A stretch of DNA of 59,568 bases from an uncultured Candidatus Saccharibacteria bacterium (GTDB lineage: Bacteria > Patescibacteriota > Minisyncoccia > Phycocordibacterales > UBA5272): positions 1 through 59,568 of the forward strand of contig CAYOQQ010000003.1 in assembly GCA_964406165.1 (NCBI GenBank), read 5' to 3'. The notes beneath the pieces are model-generated. The model did not search any database. It was not told the DNA's origin and saw only the letters and a list, made by a program, of their open reading frames with translations. This document shows positions 15,762-24,674 of the stretch, in pieces (position 1 is the first letter of the stretch; each line of letters opens with the position of its first letter). A program made the translations under genes and the position numbers.

Positions 15762-16028
15762 ATGTCTGGAGATTTAACCGGGGAACAAGTTTTAGAAAAT
15801 ATTGTAACAGAAATTTTCAGTCCACTATATCAGTTAGCAGTTGCATTAGCTATACTCTACTTCTTATACGGAGTATTTAAGTTCATTGTTGATATGAATG
15901 ATCCCGAGAAGAAAAACTTCGGTAAGAGTCATCTACTTTATGGCCTCATTGGACTTTTTATTATCCTATCCGTTGGAGGAATCCTTAAATTCTTTAGTGG
16001 CATGTTTGGTGGGGTGTTTACGTACTAG
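15762..16028 (+). CDS. T4SS-pilin-like small protein, paralog 4 (no signal peptide)
   Basis: Two TM helices separated by the MNDPEKKNFGKS loop. Confidence 0.5.
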   Translation: MSGDLTGEQVLENIVTEIFSPLYQLAVALAILYFLYGVFKFIVDMNDPEKKNFGKSHLLYGLIGLFIILSVGGILKFFSGMFGGVFTY

Positions 16029-16061
16029 GGGAAAGACTGTAGTTATTAGACTGTAGAATTC

Positions 16062-16086
16062 AATACCGACCATTTTGGTCGGTATT
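16062..16086. terminator. Terminator hairpin at the centre of an ACTGTAG/CTACAGT heptamer palindrome
   Basis: AATACCGACC-ATTT-TGGTCGGTATT, flanked by AGACTGT.. (left) and ..ACAGTCT (right) arrays. Confidence 0.7.
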
Positions 16087-16157
16087 GAACTATTACATTG
16101 ACTGCTACAAACTACAGTCTACAGACTAAAGTCTGTTTTATGGTATAATCCTCAAAT

Positions 16158-17579
16158 ATGAATACTCCTGACTCAACAACACGAATGGAAGCAATTGTGT
16201 CGCTTTGTAAGCGTCGCGGCTTTATTTTCCCATCCTCTGAAATCTACGGAGGGTTCTCTGGCGTGTATGATTATGGGCATTATGGAACGCTATTTTTTAA
16301 TAATGTAAAACAAGCTTGGCAAAAAAACATGACACAGGAGCGAATGGATGTGCTCTTGCTTGATAGTGCTATTTTTATGCACCCAACAGCTTGGAAAGCT
16401 TCAGGTCATGTGGACGGATTCAATGATCCACAGATTGATTGCAGAAAGTGTAAGAGTCGCTTTAGAGCAGATCATGTGCTTGAAGATTTTGGGGTTAATG
16501 CAGATAAGCAACCGTTAGAATTTATTAACACAGAGCTCGATAAACTTCGAGCAGATAAAAAATTAGTTTGTACTAACTGTGGCAGTGCAGATGTTACTGA
16601 GGCGAAAGTATTTTCACTTATGGTGAAGTCTAATCTTGGATCACCAACCGATGCACTCACTGAAGAAAATGCTGTTTATCTTAGACCTGAGACCTGTGGA
16701 GGAATATATCTTGAGTATAAGAACACTATCGATAGTGTCCATCCGAAGCTTCCATTTGGTATAGCTCAAGTTGGTAAGGCATTTCGAAATGAAATTGTTG
16801 CTAAGCAATTCGTGTTTAGGACGCGCGAGTTTGAACAGATGGAGATGCAGTATTTTCATCATCAGTCACAAACAAGTGAGATTTTTGAAAAGTGGCACAA
16901 GGACAGATGGGCATTTTATCTTGAATATGGCATTCCAGAGAGTAAGCTCAACTGGTATAAGCATGATAAGCTCGCACATTATGCATCAGAGGCATATGAT
17001 ATAGAGTATAACTATGAGATGCTCGGAGGATTCAAGGAGTTAGAAGGAGTGCATGCACGCGGTGATTGGGATCTATCGCAACATTCTAAGTTCTCAGGAA
17101 CTGATTTATCATATTTTGATGAAGCTACGAAGGAGCGATTCGTACCTCATATTGTTGAGACCTCTGTTGGTGTTGCTCGAATGGCACTAGCATTCCTAGA
17201 TAATGCTTACACTGAAGAAGAGGTTGGAGAAGTAGGGGAGGATGGTAAGCGAGATACTCGAGTGGTACTTAAGTTAGATAAGCGTCTTGCACCAGTAAAG
17301 GTTGCTATACTTCCACTCTCTAAGAAAGAAGAGTTATCGGTTCCAGCCCAAGCTATCTGGAAAACATTATCTAAGAAATTTTTTGTTGAGTATGATGATA
17401 CACAGTCAATCGGTAAGCGCTACCGTCGCCAGGATGAGATTGGAACGCCTTATTGTGTTACAGTAGACTTCGATACCTTAACTGATAATGCGGTTACTGT
17501 GCGAGATCGCGATACTATGGAGCAAGTCCGTATTCCAATAGATCAGTTAGTATCCCACTTCACTTCGTTACTTTTGTAG
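16158..17579 (+). CDS. glyQS: Glycine--tRNA ligase (dimeric class II type)
   Basis: N-terminal MEAIVSLCKRRGFIFPSSEIYGG..GVYDYG, and class II motifs. Confidence 0.93.
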   Translation: MNTPDSTTRMEAIVSLCKRRGFIFPSSEIYGGFSGVYDYGHYGTLFFNNVKQAWQKNMTQERMDVLLLDSAIFMHPTAWKASGHVDGFNDPQIDCRKCKSRFRADHVLEDFGVNADKQPLEFINTELDKLRADKKLVCTNCGSADVTEAKVFSLMVKSNLGSPTDALTEENAVYLRPETCGGIYLEYKNTIDSVHPKLPFGIAQVGKAFRNEIVAKQFVFRTREFEQMEMQYFHHQSQTSEIFEKWHKDRWAFYLEYGIPESKLNWYKHDKLAHYASEAYDIEYNYEMLGGFKELEGVHARGDWDLSQHSKFSGTDLSYFDEATKERFVPHIVETSVGVARMALAFLDNAYTEEEVGEVGEDGKRDTRVVLKLDKRLAPVKVAILPLSKKEELSVPAQAIWKTLSKKFFVEYDDTQSIGKRYRRQDEIGTPYCVTVDFDTLTDNAVTVRDRDTMEQVRIPIDQLVSHFTSLLL

Positions 17580-17593
17580 TATACTTTTTGTAT

Positions 17594-18277
17594 ATGGAAT
17601 CAGCACCACATACACCTAATCAATCCACCCAAGAGACTCACGTTTTACGACCTGATGAAGGCGTAGAAATGCCTCCAACTTTAGAAAATCCTCAAGGACC
17701 TGTACTACATTTCCGGGAAGTTTTACGACCTGGAAAAAATAAATTAAGAGCATTTGCTGCAACAGCAACTGCAGCCTTTGCTCTTAACGCTGCAATGCCA
17801 ACTGATGCAGAAGCGGGAGATAAACATGGCTTAGAAGCATTTGCAAGATCTGTTGCAGTGAATGTTGTTAATCAGAGACTTTCGACTACTCCAGCTCAAG
17901 TTGGTGTTACACCTGATGGGAGGGTCGTTGTTGTACCAAATGCTAACATGCAGATTGCACCTGAAATTCAAATTAATCAACCCGGAGTTCAAGAGTATTT
18001 ACAAGCTGCAGGTCTTGAGGTAAGTCGTCATAGTCCGCTCTTTATTCGTGTAATAGGTAACGAAGGCAGCGGAGTTGAGTTTGAACCTGATACAGAAGCA
18101 GTCATTTTAACCAGAAACGCAACTGGTTTAGATATTCATAGACACTTTAAAAGAGGAGGTGTCCCATATGTAAGTGTTACTCCAGCGCGCACTGAAATTA
18201 TCACCCAAAACGGTACCCAGACCAAAAGATTTGTTTTAGGTCAAAAGGTTGAAGGCCCTGTGTTTGTTAAAAAATAG
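17594..18277 (+). CDS. Hypothetical protein, probably secreted or anchored
   Basis: The ATG at 17594 lies 8 nt after TATACT. Ala-rich hydrophobic segment near residue 55. Confidence 0.5.
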   Translation: MESAPHTPNQSTQETHVLRPDEGVEMPPTLENPQGPVLHFREVLRPGKNKLRAFAATATAAFALNAAMPTDAEAGDKHGLEAFARSVAVNVVNQRLSTTPAQVGVTPDGRVVVVPNANMQIAPEIQINQPGVQEYLQAAGLEVSRHSPLFIRVIGNEGSGVEFEPDTEAVILTRNATGLDIHRHFKRGGVPYVSVTPARTEIITQNGTQTKRFVLGQKVEGPVFVKK

Positions 18278-18390
18278 AATGTACCTAGTGGTTCTTGCGG
18301 TACATTGTTGATGTTACGACCGATATCATAAATAAATAGCTAATCAAAAAAGGTTGAAAAGTCTAAAATATATGCTATAATTGTAAAACT

Positions 18391-18552
18391 ATGGCAAAAG
18401 CACAAGTAAACCTCATCCAGCTCAAGAATAAAGAAACAGGCGAAGTCTACTGGACTTCTAAGAACAAGAAGCTTGTTACTCGAAAGATTGAACTCAAGAA
18501 ATATTCTAAGAAACTCCGAAAACACGTAATGTTCAAGGAAACAAAGAAGTAA
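18391..18552 (+). CDS. rpmG: 50S ribosomal protein L33
   Basis: My own translation is MAKAQVNLIQLKNKETGEVYWTSKNKKLVTRKIELKKYSKKLRKHVMFKETKK, which fits the L33 pattern. It is absent from the ORF track (under 60 aa). Confidence 0.9.
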   Translation: MAKAQVNLIQLKNKETGEVYWTSKNKKLVTRKIELKKYSKKLRKHVMFKETKK

Positions 18553-18560
18553 TCTATTTT

Positions 18561-18587
18561 AAAAATGACCCAACAGGGTCATTTTTA
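18561..18587 (+). terminator. rpmG intrinsic terminator
   Basis: ATGACCC-AACA-GGGTCAT followed by TTTT. Confidence 0.8.
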
Positions 18588-18677
18588 CTATCTTGTATTT
18601 TCTATAAAATATGGTATAATTATAAGTGGACCTGGAGTCACTCGGACTTTGGGCCATTTTCTTTCAAGGAGTTTCCG

Positions 18678-19463
18678 ATGAAAAAAATGCAAAGAATCCT
18701 CTTCTGTGCTTTTCTAGCACTGATGGGGTTTGTCAGCGTCTCGTATGCTGGACCTGTTAACTTGGGGGCACCAATTGGTGCGACTCAAGCAGCAGACACT
18801 TGGTACACGGATCGGTACGCACCGAATGGTTGGTCGTACGATGGTGGGTCTGGAGTTTTGACTCAGACCATCGATGCTTCTGACCGTCTTGCTGCACGGC
18901 CGAACGGATTCAATAGTTTGTTCTATGACACCCAGGGCAGGAAGTATGACTTTGCTGACGGTGTTACGACAATGAGTGTCGAGTTGTATGTTTCTGGGGA
19001 CCCTCTTCAGCAACGTTTGGCGGGATTTTGGGGCACTACTGTTGATGTGACCAGCCAAATCTCATTCTTCCCGATTTTGGAATTTGCAGCAGATGGAACC
19101 GGGCCACGTTTCCAAGGTTGGAATGGTGTAGCCTTCAATAGCTATGGATTGTCGCCATCATTTGCGTACGATGCATGGCATGAGCTTCGCATTGTTCTGG
19201 ATACGACTGCTGATGAATTCAATTACTTGCTTGATGGTAATCTTCTCGGAAGTGTTGGTGCTGATGGCAGTATCCAATTTGCAAATGTGATCTTGCAAGG
19301 TTACAACAAATTTTCCGTTGATCAAGGGGATTATTCCCTTCAATGGCGAAATTTGCAGACAGGACCTGACAGCAGTGTTCCTGAGCCGGGCACCTTTGCG
19401 CTCATCGGTATTGCAGGCCTCGGCCTTGTGCTGACCCGTCGCAAGACGTTTGCCAAAGCGTAA
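18678..19463 (+). CDS. Secreted protein with a C-terminal PEP-CTERM sorting signal
   Basis: Signal peptide. The C-terminus VPEPGTFALIGIAGLGLVLTRRK is the canonical PEP + TM helix + Arg cluster. AAGGAG SD. Visibly GC-richer than the core genes. Confidence 0.8.
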   Translation: MKKMQRILFCAFLALMGFVSVSYAGPVNLGAPIGATQAADTWYTDRYAPNGWSYDGGSGVLTQTIDASDRLAARPNGFNSLFYDTQGRKYDFADGVTTMSVELYVSGDPLQQRLAGFWGTTVDVTSQISFFPILEFAADGTGPRFQGWNGVAFNSYGLSPSFAYDAWHELRIVLDTTADEFNYLLDGNLLGSVGADGSIQFANVILQGYNKFSVDQGDYSLQWRNLQTGPDSSVPEPGTFALIGIAGLGLVLTRRKTFAKA

Positions 19464-19484
19464 TTCCACACTGGTGGTTACGTG

Positions 19485-19509
19485 CCGACCTTTTCGAAGG
19501 TCGGTTTTT
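19485..19509 (+). terminator. Intrinsic terminator
   Basis: CCGACCTT-TTCG-AAGGTCGG followed by TTTTT. Confidence 0.85.
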
Positions 19510-19720
19510 CTATTTCTGTACATATGTGTGAGTCCTACCCAAGTTGGTGATTTTTTGATATGATAACCAGGCGTTACTGCAGGTGAGCTTAAGCCAATCT
19601 GAAGCAAGTGACCGGAAGTGCACAATGTCCGGTGTTAGAAGTAAGATTGATCGGCAGTAATGGCACTCAGAAGGTGGAAAGGATGGTATACAAGTCAGAA
19701 AAATCCTTCTGAGAAATTTT

Positions 19721-19791
19721 GGGCCTATAGTTTAGTGGCAGAACAACGGCCTCCAAATCCGTTGGTCGAGGTTCGATTCCTCGTGGGCCCG
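19721..19791 (+). tRNA. trnW: tRNA-Trp (anticodon CCA)
   Basis: Cloverleaf folded by hand: acceptor GGGCCTA/TGGGCCC, anticodon loop CTCCAAA, T arm CGAGG-TTCGATT-CCTCG, discriminator G. Confidence 0.85.
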
Positions 19792-19843
19792 CAAAATTAA
19801 AACACACAAGGAAACTTGTGTGTTTTAATTTTGCGGGCCCACG
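19782..19843. repeat. 29-bp perfect inverted repeat that includes the tRNA-Trp 3' end
   Basis: CGTGGGCCCGCAAAATTAAAACACACAAG-GAAA-CTTGTGTGTTTTAATTTTGCGGGCCCACG. Confidence 0.9.
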
Positions 19844-19878
19844 AGCGAGTGCTAGACGCACTCGCGTAGGAATCGAAC
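19832..19878 (-). pseudogene. Inverted fragment of the tRNA-Trp 3' half, interrupted by a hairpin insert of about 22-24 nt
   Basis: The minus strand reads GTTCGATTCCT + insert (GCGAGTGC-GTCTA-GCACTCGC) + CGTGGGCCCGCA. There is no 5' half. Confidence 0.6.
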
Positions 19879-19892
19879 AAAAAATCGGTTTA

Positions 19893-19942
19893 CAAAATAA
19901 TTTCTAAAAAATTGGGGACAGTATTTTTTAGAAATTATTTTG
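19893..19942. repeat. 19-bp perfect AT-rich hairpin
   Basis: CAAAATAATTTCTAAAAAA-12 nt-TTTTTTAGAAATTATTTTG. Confidence 0.85.
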
Positions 19943-20138
19943 TCGGTTTTTCTCGGGGTCGCGGCTACGTGCTGAGATGAGAAAAGCGAAGCTTTTAGAA
20001 GCGAGCCGTAGCGGTGACCGATTCCTGGTTACCTGCATAGTGTCTGTGAGGAATCGGTTCTGTATACTGTGTCGAACCACATTTGTGACCGATTCCTCTG
20101 TATCCTTTTGCATCCCGTGCTACACTTACCTCAGCAAT

Positions 20139-22046
20139 ATGACATATCTCATAAGGTCACTTAGTATAGCTATCCTCCTTGGTCTTTTTTCTATCTCAGG
20201 AACTGCTTATGCTCAATTGACTTCCGAAGAAGCTGTTAAAGCATACACAACTACTGTGCATGTTAATCTTGATAACTCTGCTAACGTAACTGAGACGATA
20301 CTATATCAAACTGGTAACCAAGCACGGCATGGTATCTATAGAGACATCTATCCATATTCTTCAACTGGGAAAGCAATGTCACTTTCAAATATTTCGGTAA
20401 CTGATCAGTCAGGTGTTGCTCAGCAGTTCGTACAACAGTCAGGTCCAGGAAATACAATTCGTCTAAAAATCGGAGATCCAAATGTAACCTTTAGCGGTGA
20501 AAAAGTATATAACATATCATATCGTGCATCCTATGCCACCGCACAACTTGCAGGTGTTGATGAAATCTACTGGAATGCTACGGGCAACTCCTGGATAATC
20601 CCAATTTATGAAGCGTCTGCAACTGTTATACTTCCTCCACTTGTGAGTGCTATACAGCAGGCTTGCTATTACGGCCCAAAAGGGAGTGCTTCTAGTTGTA
20701 TATTTGATGCTACGAGTTCAGCGACAGGTCTGTATGTTTTTAGTTCACCTAAGAGGCTTAACCCAGGAGAAGGTTTAACTGTTGCTGTTGGTTTTCCTAA
20801 AGGAATAGTAACTCCTTATACACAAGAAGAATTAGCTGTAGCACCTCCTTCGCCCAATAAAAGTCCTACTATCAGATTGGATTCGCAGTTTTTTTACAGT
20901 ACTACTTTTGTAGGAACTATTGTGCTACTCATTGCTGTCTTTTTCCTTTTGCTAACATATTGGTTTAAGAACTGGCGAGATCCGAAAGGCACAGGGGTCA
21001 TCATTGCACAATATGATGTTCCAGATAATCTTACACCAATGGAAGTGAGTGCGATTGTTTATGAGTTGGTAAAGCCAGAAAGTATTTCTGCAGAACTTAT
21101 TTATCTTGCTACTAAGGGTTATATAAAAATAAGACAAATTGATTCCAAAAAATTATTCTTTTTTAAGTCAACCGACTATGAGCTCATTCTTCTTAAAAAA
21201 ATTGAAGAAGTAGAGAACAGGGCGGACAAGCTCTTTTTGACAGAGCTCTTTTACGGTGTAGAAATTGATGATGACGATGTTAAAGATGTAGACATAAAGA
21301 CATTTACTACACTGCTACAGCAAAAGGTGCTACTAAAACAAGAAAATGTTCCACTAGAAGATGTTGATCTGCATCTTCAGGCAGGTTCTAGTATTAAACT
21401 TTCGTCTCTTGTCTATTCTTTCTATGCAAAAATTCCTAAAATAAAAAACGAAGTAGCCGATACCCTCTTGGAGAAAGGGTATTACAGGAATCTTGGTAGG
21501 CTGCGCACTGTGACATCTATTGATTCGGTTGACACCAAGACTACTCTTAAAATATTTGGTGGTATAGCAGTTGGGATATTTGTTTTCTCACTTTTTGGTA
21601 GTTTCTGGTTTGCTGTTCTGCCTGCTGCACTTATTTTTTTTGCATTCTGGCATTTTAGTCCAGCAAAAACTGTACAAGGTGTGGCAACAAAAGAACACTT
21701 ACTTGGTCTTAAGTTATATCTTAAAGTTGCAGAGAAGGATAGACTAGCTTTTCATAATGCACCTGAAAAGAAACCAGAGGTATTCGAAAAGTTATTACCG
21801 TATGCGATAGTGTTCGGAGTAGATAAACAGTGGGCAAAGGAGTTCGAAGGTATCTACCTAACTCAGCCGTCATGGTATGAAGGAGGCACAAATGGTAACT
21901 TCTCGTCCGTTGCTTTTGCTTCTACACTTACTAACTTCAGTACCTCTGCAACATCATCATTAGGAGCTGCGCCAGGTGGTGGTGGCTCAGGGGGTGGAGG
22001 AGGGTCAGGCGGAGGTGGTGGAGGTGGTGGTGGAGGTGGTTGGTAA
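20139..22046 (+). CDS. DUF2207-like membrane protein with a poly-Gly C-terminal tail
   Basis: Signal peptide, large N-terminal ectodomain, TM, the YDVPDNLTPMEVSAIVYE..LIYLATKGYIKI block, more TMs, and the tail GGGGSGGGGGSGGGGGGGGGGGW. The tracked start at 19977 lies in the non-coding repeat region. Confidence 0.7.
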   Translation: MTYLIRSLSIAILLGLFSISGTAYAQLTSEEAVKAYTTTVHVNLDNSANVTETILYQTGNQARHGIYRDIYPYSSTGKAMSLSNISVTDQSGVAQQFVQQSGPGNTIRLKIGDPNVTFSGEKVYNISYRASYATAQLAGVDEIYWNATGNSWIIPIYEASATVILPPLVSAIQQACYYGPKGSASSCIFDATSSATGLYVFSSPKRLNPGEGLTVAVGFPKGIVTPYTQEELAVAPPSPNKSPTIRLDSQFFYSTTFVGTIVLLIAVFFLLLTYWFKNWRDPKGTGVIIAQYDVPDNLTPMEVSAIVYELVKPESISAELIYLATKGYIKIRQIDSKKLFFFKSTDYELILLKKIEEVENRADKLFLTELFYGVEIDDDDVKDVDIKTFTTLLQQKVLLKQENVPLEDVDLHLQAGSSIKLSSLVYSFYAKIPKIKNEVADTLLEKGYYRNLGRLRTVTSIDSVDTKTTLKIFGGIAVGIFVFSLFGSFWFAVLPAALIFFAFWHFSPAKTVQGVATKEHLLGLKLYLKVAEKDRLAFHNAPEKKPEVFEKLLPYAIVFGVDKQWAKEFEGIYLTQPSWYEGGTNGNFSSVAFASTLTNFSTSATSSLGAAPGGGGSGGGGGSGGGGGGGGGGGW

Positions 22047-22169
22047 TTATTAATAATAATATATACCAAGTTACTGTCGCATGATTTGACTATACAAATT
22101 ATACGTGTTAGTTTGCTAAAAGGAGATTAGTAGAGACTAACTGTACTGTACAAAAATAGGGGGTTCCTA

Positions 22170-22937
22170 ATGAATGTATTTCCAAAACAAGATGTTGTAC
22201 TCGTTACAACAACAATGTATAGTTCAATGAATGATATTCGTGCACCACTTGCGGTCAAGACATGTCTTGCAGCAAAGAATTGCGGGTACCGAATTATTGT
22301 TGCTGATGACAGTTCATATGACATTAAGGTTGCACTTCGAGAAACCGGGGCAACTGTGATTGACCGTGCACCTGGTTTGGGTATAGGTGCATCCCGTCGA
22401 CTTGCTCTAGTTGAAGGTGTTAATTCTAAAGCAAGAGTAGTGGTTTGGCTGGAGCCTGAAAAGTATACTCTCATACCTTTGCTTGTTCCAAGTATTTCTA
22501 AAGTCTTTACCAGAGAAGTGGATGTTGTTGTTCCACGTCGCAAAAACTTAGACACATATCCAGAGTATCAGCATTTTTCTGAGCTTCGCGGGAATCATGA
22601 AATTGGGAATGTTACCGGTCGTCCTGATCTTGATCTATATTTTGGCCCAAGAGTTCTTTCTTCTGAAGCTGCAGAGTTCATGAGCAAGTACATAGGTAAA
22701 TGTGGTGAGAATACCTATGCTGACAATTGGGAAATCCTCTTTATTCCAATTGTCTGGATGCTTACCCCAAACCAATCCCGTTTCATTGTCAAATCAGTTG
22801 TTGTTGACTATGATCATCCACCTGAGCAGCTCATTGAAGATGATCTAGAAATGAAGATTAAGCGAGACAGACAACGAAGTGATATTGTCAGTTCGGTTAC
22901 ACAAGAGGCTAAGCGCCTCGGCCTAAGCGCTCTCTGA
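22170..22937 (+). CDS. GT-A fold glycosyltransferase-like protein
   Basis: VVLVTTT.., then an IIVADDSS acidic motif about 50 aa in. Weak, motif-level only. Confidence 0.4.
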   Translation: MNVFPKQDVVLVTTTMYSSMNDIRAPLAVKTCLAAKNCGYRIIVADDSSYDIKVALRETGATVIDRAPGLGIGASRRLALVEGVNSKARVVVWLEPEKYTLIPLLVPSISKVFTREVDVVVPRRKNLDTYPEYQHFSELRGNHEIGNVTGRPDLDLYFGPRVLSSEAAEFMSKYIGKCGENTYADNWEILFIPIVWMLTPNQSRFIVKSVVVDYDHPPEQLIEDDLEMKIKRDRQRSDIVSSVTQEAKRLGLSAL

Positions 22938-22999
22938 TGAACATACGCTACCAGCACTCTGTGCAGGTAGTTTTTTTTATTAACGACGTAGGGTTAAAT

Positions 23000-23872
23000 C
23001 TAGAAACGCTTCTCCTCAATTCTAAACGTCCCATCCTTCTGACTAATCTCAACAGTAAAAAGTTCTAGTAACTCTTTAGGGAGAGAAATAAAATTAACAG
23101 CTATCATTTCTTCGACATTCTTAGGATACCTTTTATATCGTTCTTTATATGCAATGATACCTTTTTCTATCATCTGGCTAACATACTTCTCTTCAATACC
23201 TTTTTCGGCCATTTTTTTAATGGTCTCATTGTCAGTATTGTTATAAATAACTTTAAGCAACTCTTTCTGTAATGGAATATCACTATCACCTTTTGGTCTC
23301 AGTGGACTATTTCGTCCGACAAACGTTGAGTAAATAAGGAACACTCCATCAGGTGCACCTTCAACTTTAGCAGCTATACTAAGATATTTTTCAGCAGGAT
23401 CATATTTTTTTGTGAAAAGATAATACTGAGTACCGAGATAAAAAGGGATCTTCCAACTTGTTTTTATTGCTTGGATACCTTGGTCTGCAATTTCTGCGAC
23501 ACGGTTGAGTGTATCTACATCTTTATTCTGCGGGACAATCACAATACTAAAAAGATATGGATACTCAAAAGTAGGGTCAAGAGCCGCTATGTTCTTAAAG
23601 TAGTTAAGATAGTATGGATCTCTCCCATCCCATACAACTAAGTCCTGCACAGAACGTAGCCAGTACATATCTGTTATGAAATTAGTAAACCCGAATGTTA
23701 TGTGAGGCAAAATTGATGCTGGTAGAAGATTACGAGTCTGTGCGGTTAGTTTTGTGGTGAAAGGCTTCGATCGCTTATCGTGATTAACCTGGAAGGCAAT
23801 AACAAGACCAATGAGAGATATGATAATCGCCCCGGTTGCAATCTGAGATGTGTACGATAGGTACTGCTTCAT
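23000..23872 (-). CDS. Membrane-anchored hypothetical protein (helical-repeat-like), last gene of the ABC operon
   Basis: One N-terminal TM helix. Tightly spaced after the permease gene. Confidence 0.5.
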   Translation of the reverse strand: MKQYLSYTSQIATGAIIISLIGLVIAFQVNHDKRSKPFTTKLTAQTRNLLPASILPHITFGFTNFITDMYWLRSVQDLVVWDGRDPYYLNYFKNIAALDPTFEYPYLFSIVIVPQNKDVDTLNRVAEIADQGIQAIKTSWKIPFYLGTQYYLFTKKYDPAEKYLSIAAKVEGAPDGVFLIYSTFVGRNSPLRPKGDSDIPLQKELLKVIYNNTDNETIKKMAEKGIEEKYVSQMIEKGIIAYKERYKRYPKNVEEMIAVNFISLPKELLELFTVEISQKDGTFRIEEKRF

Positions 23873-23892
23873 AACGAGAATAAGAAATACAC

Positions 23893-24663
23893 TTAGTAGT
23901 CCTTCTTTCTAAATGCTCTTTGCGTTATAACAAGAAGAAGCAGTGCATAGGAAAGCGCATATAGTGTAGAGACTGCAAGGATACCAAATGATGGAATAAT
24001 TCCGTGAATGATGTCATTTCTGATGTTAAATTTCTCAAGGTTCGGAAGGATATAGTACACCGCTTCAGCTGCCACTTTAATCGCAGGGATTTTGGTTGTC
24101 ATGAACATATATCTAAAAATTCCCTCAGCATGCCCGATAATAAAAATCGAAACAGTTGAGACCGATGCAAGGATAGGGGAGGTGATACCAGAAAAGAGAA
24201 TAGAAATAAGAATAAGAAGAATCGCTTCAAGTGTACTCATAAACACTGAAGCAAGTATCGGCAAGAAAAAGATGCTACCACCTTGGATAAACAAAATACC
24301 GTACAAAACTGCTGTAGATAGAAGTGTTACAACAACAGTAGTGAGTGTAAGACCAAGACATTTACCGATGATAACTTCAGTCTGAGTGACAGGTTTTGGT
24401 AAAAGGAGATAAAATGTCTTTCGCTCTATCTCTTTATAGATAAGCATGCTTCCGATAAAAATAGCTACGAATATTTGAAGAGCGTAGATAGCAGTTGTAC
24501 TAAAGTCGATAATCATTCTAGTACTTTGTTCAAGCGAGATGGACGCGATGAATAAGGTAAAGACAATCATTGCAACAATAACGAAGAATGCAGAGAGAAG
24601 AATTCTGTCCCTAACTGTTTCCCTGAACGTATTTTTTGAAATGGCGAGAATATTGGTGAGCAT
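23893..24663 (-). CDS. ABC-2 type transporter permease
   Basis: Six predicted TM helices. Lies 12 nt downstream of the ATPase gene. Confidence 0.65.
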   Translation of the reverse strand: MLTNILAISKNTFRETVRDRILLSAFFVIVAMIVFTLFIASISLEQSTRMIIDFSTTAIYALQIFVAIFIGSMLIYKEIERKTFYLLLPKPVTQTEVIIGKCLGLTLTTVVVTLLSTAVLYGILFIQGGSIFFLPILASVFMSTLEAILLILISILFSGITSPILASVSTVSIFIIGHAEGIFRYMFMTTKIPAIKVAAEAVYYILPNLEKFNIRNDIIHGIIPSFGILAVSTLYALSYALLLLVITQRAFRKKDY

Positions 24664-24674
24664 GGTTGTTATGA

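Noticed and set aside
18340-18525. Tracked 61-aa minus-strand ORF.
   Set aside because: It is antisense to a clear rpmG (L33) gene on the plus strand.
19667-19861. Tracked 64-aa minus-strand ORF.
   Set aside because: It runs antisense through tRNA-Trp and the 29-bp hairpin, so it is an artefact of structured sequence.
19977-20138. N-terminal 54 codons of the tracked DUF2207 ORF.
   Set aside because: They cover the T-arm-like repeat region. A canonical signal peptide begins at the ATG at 20139.
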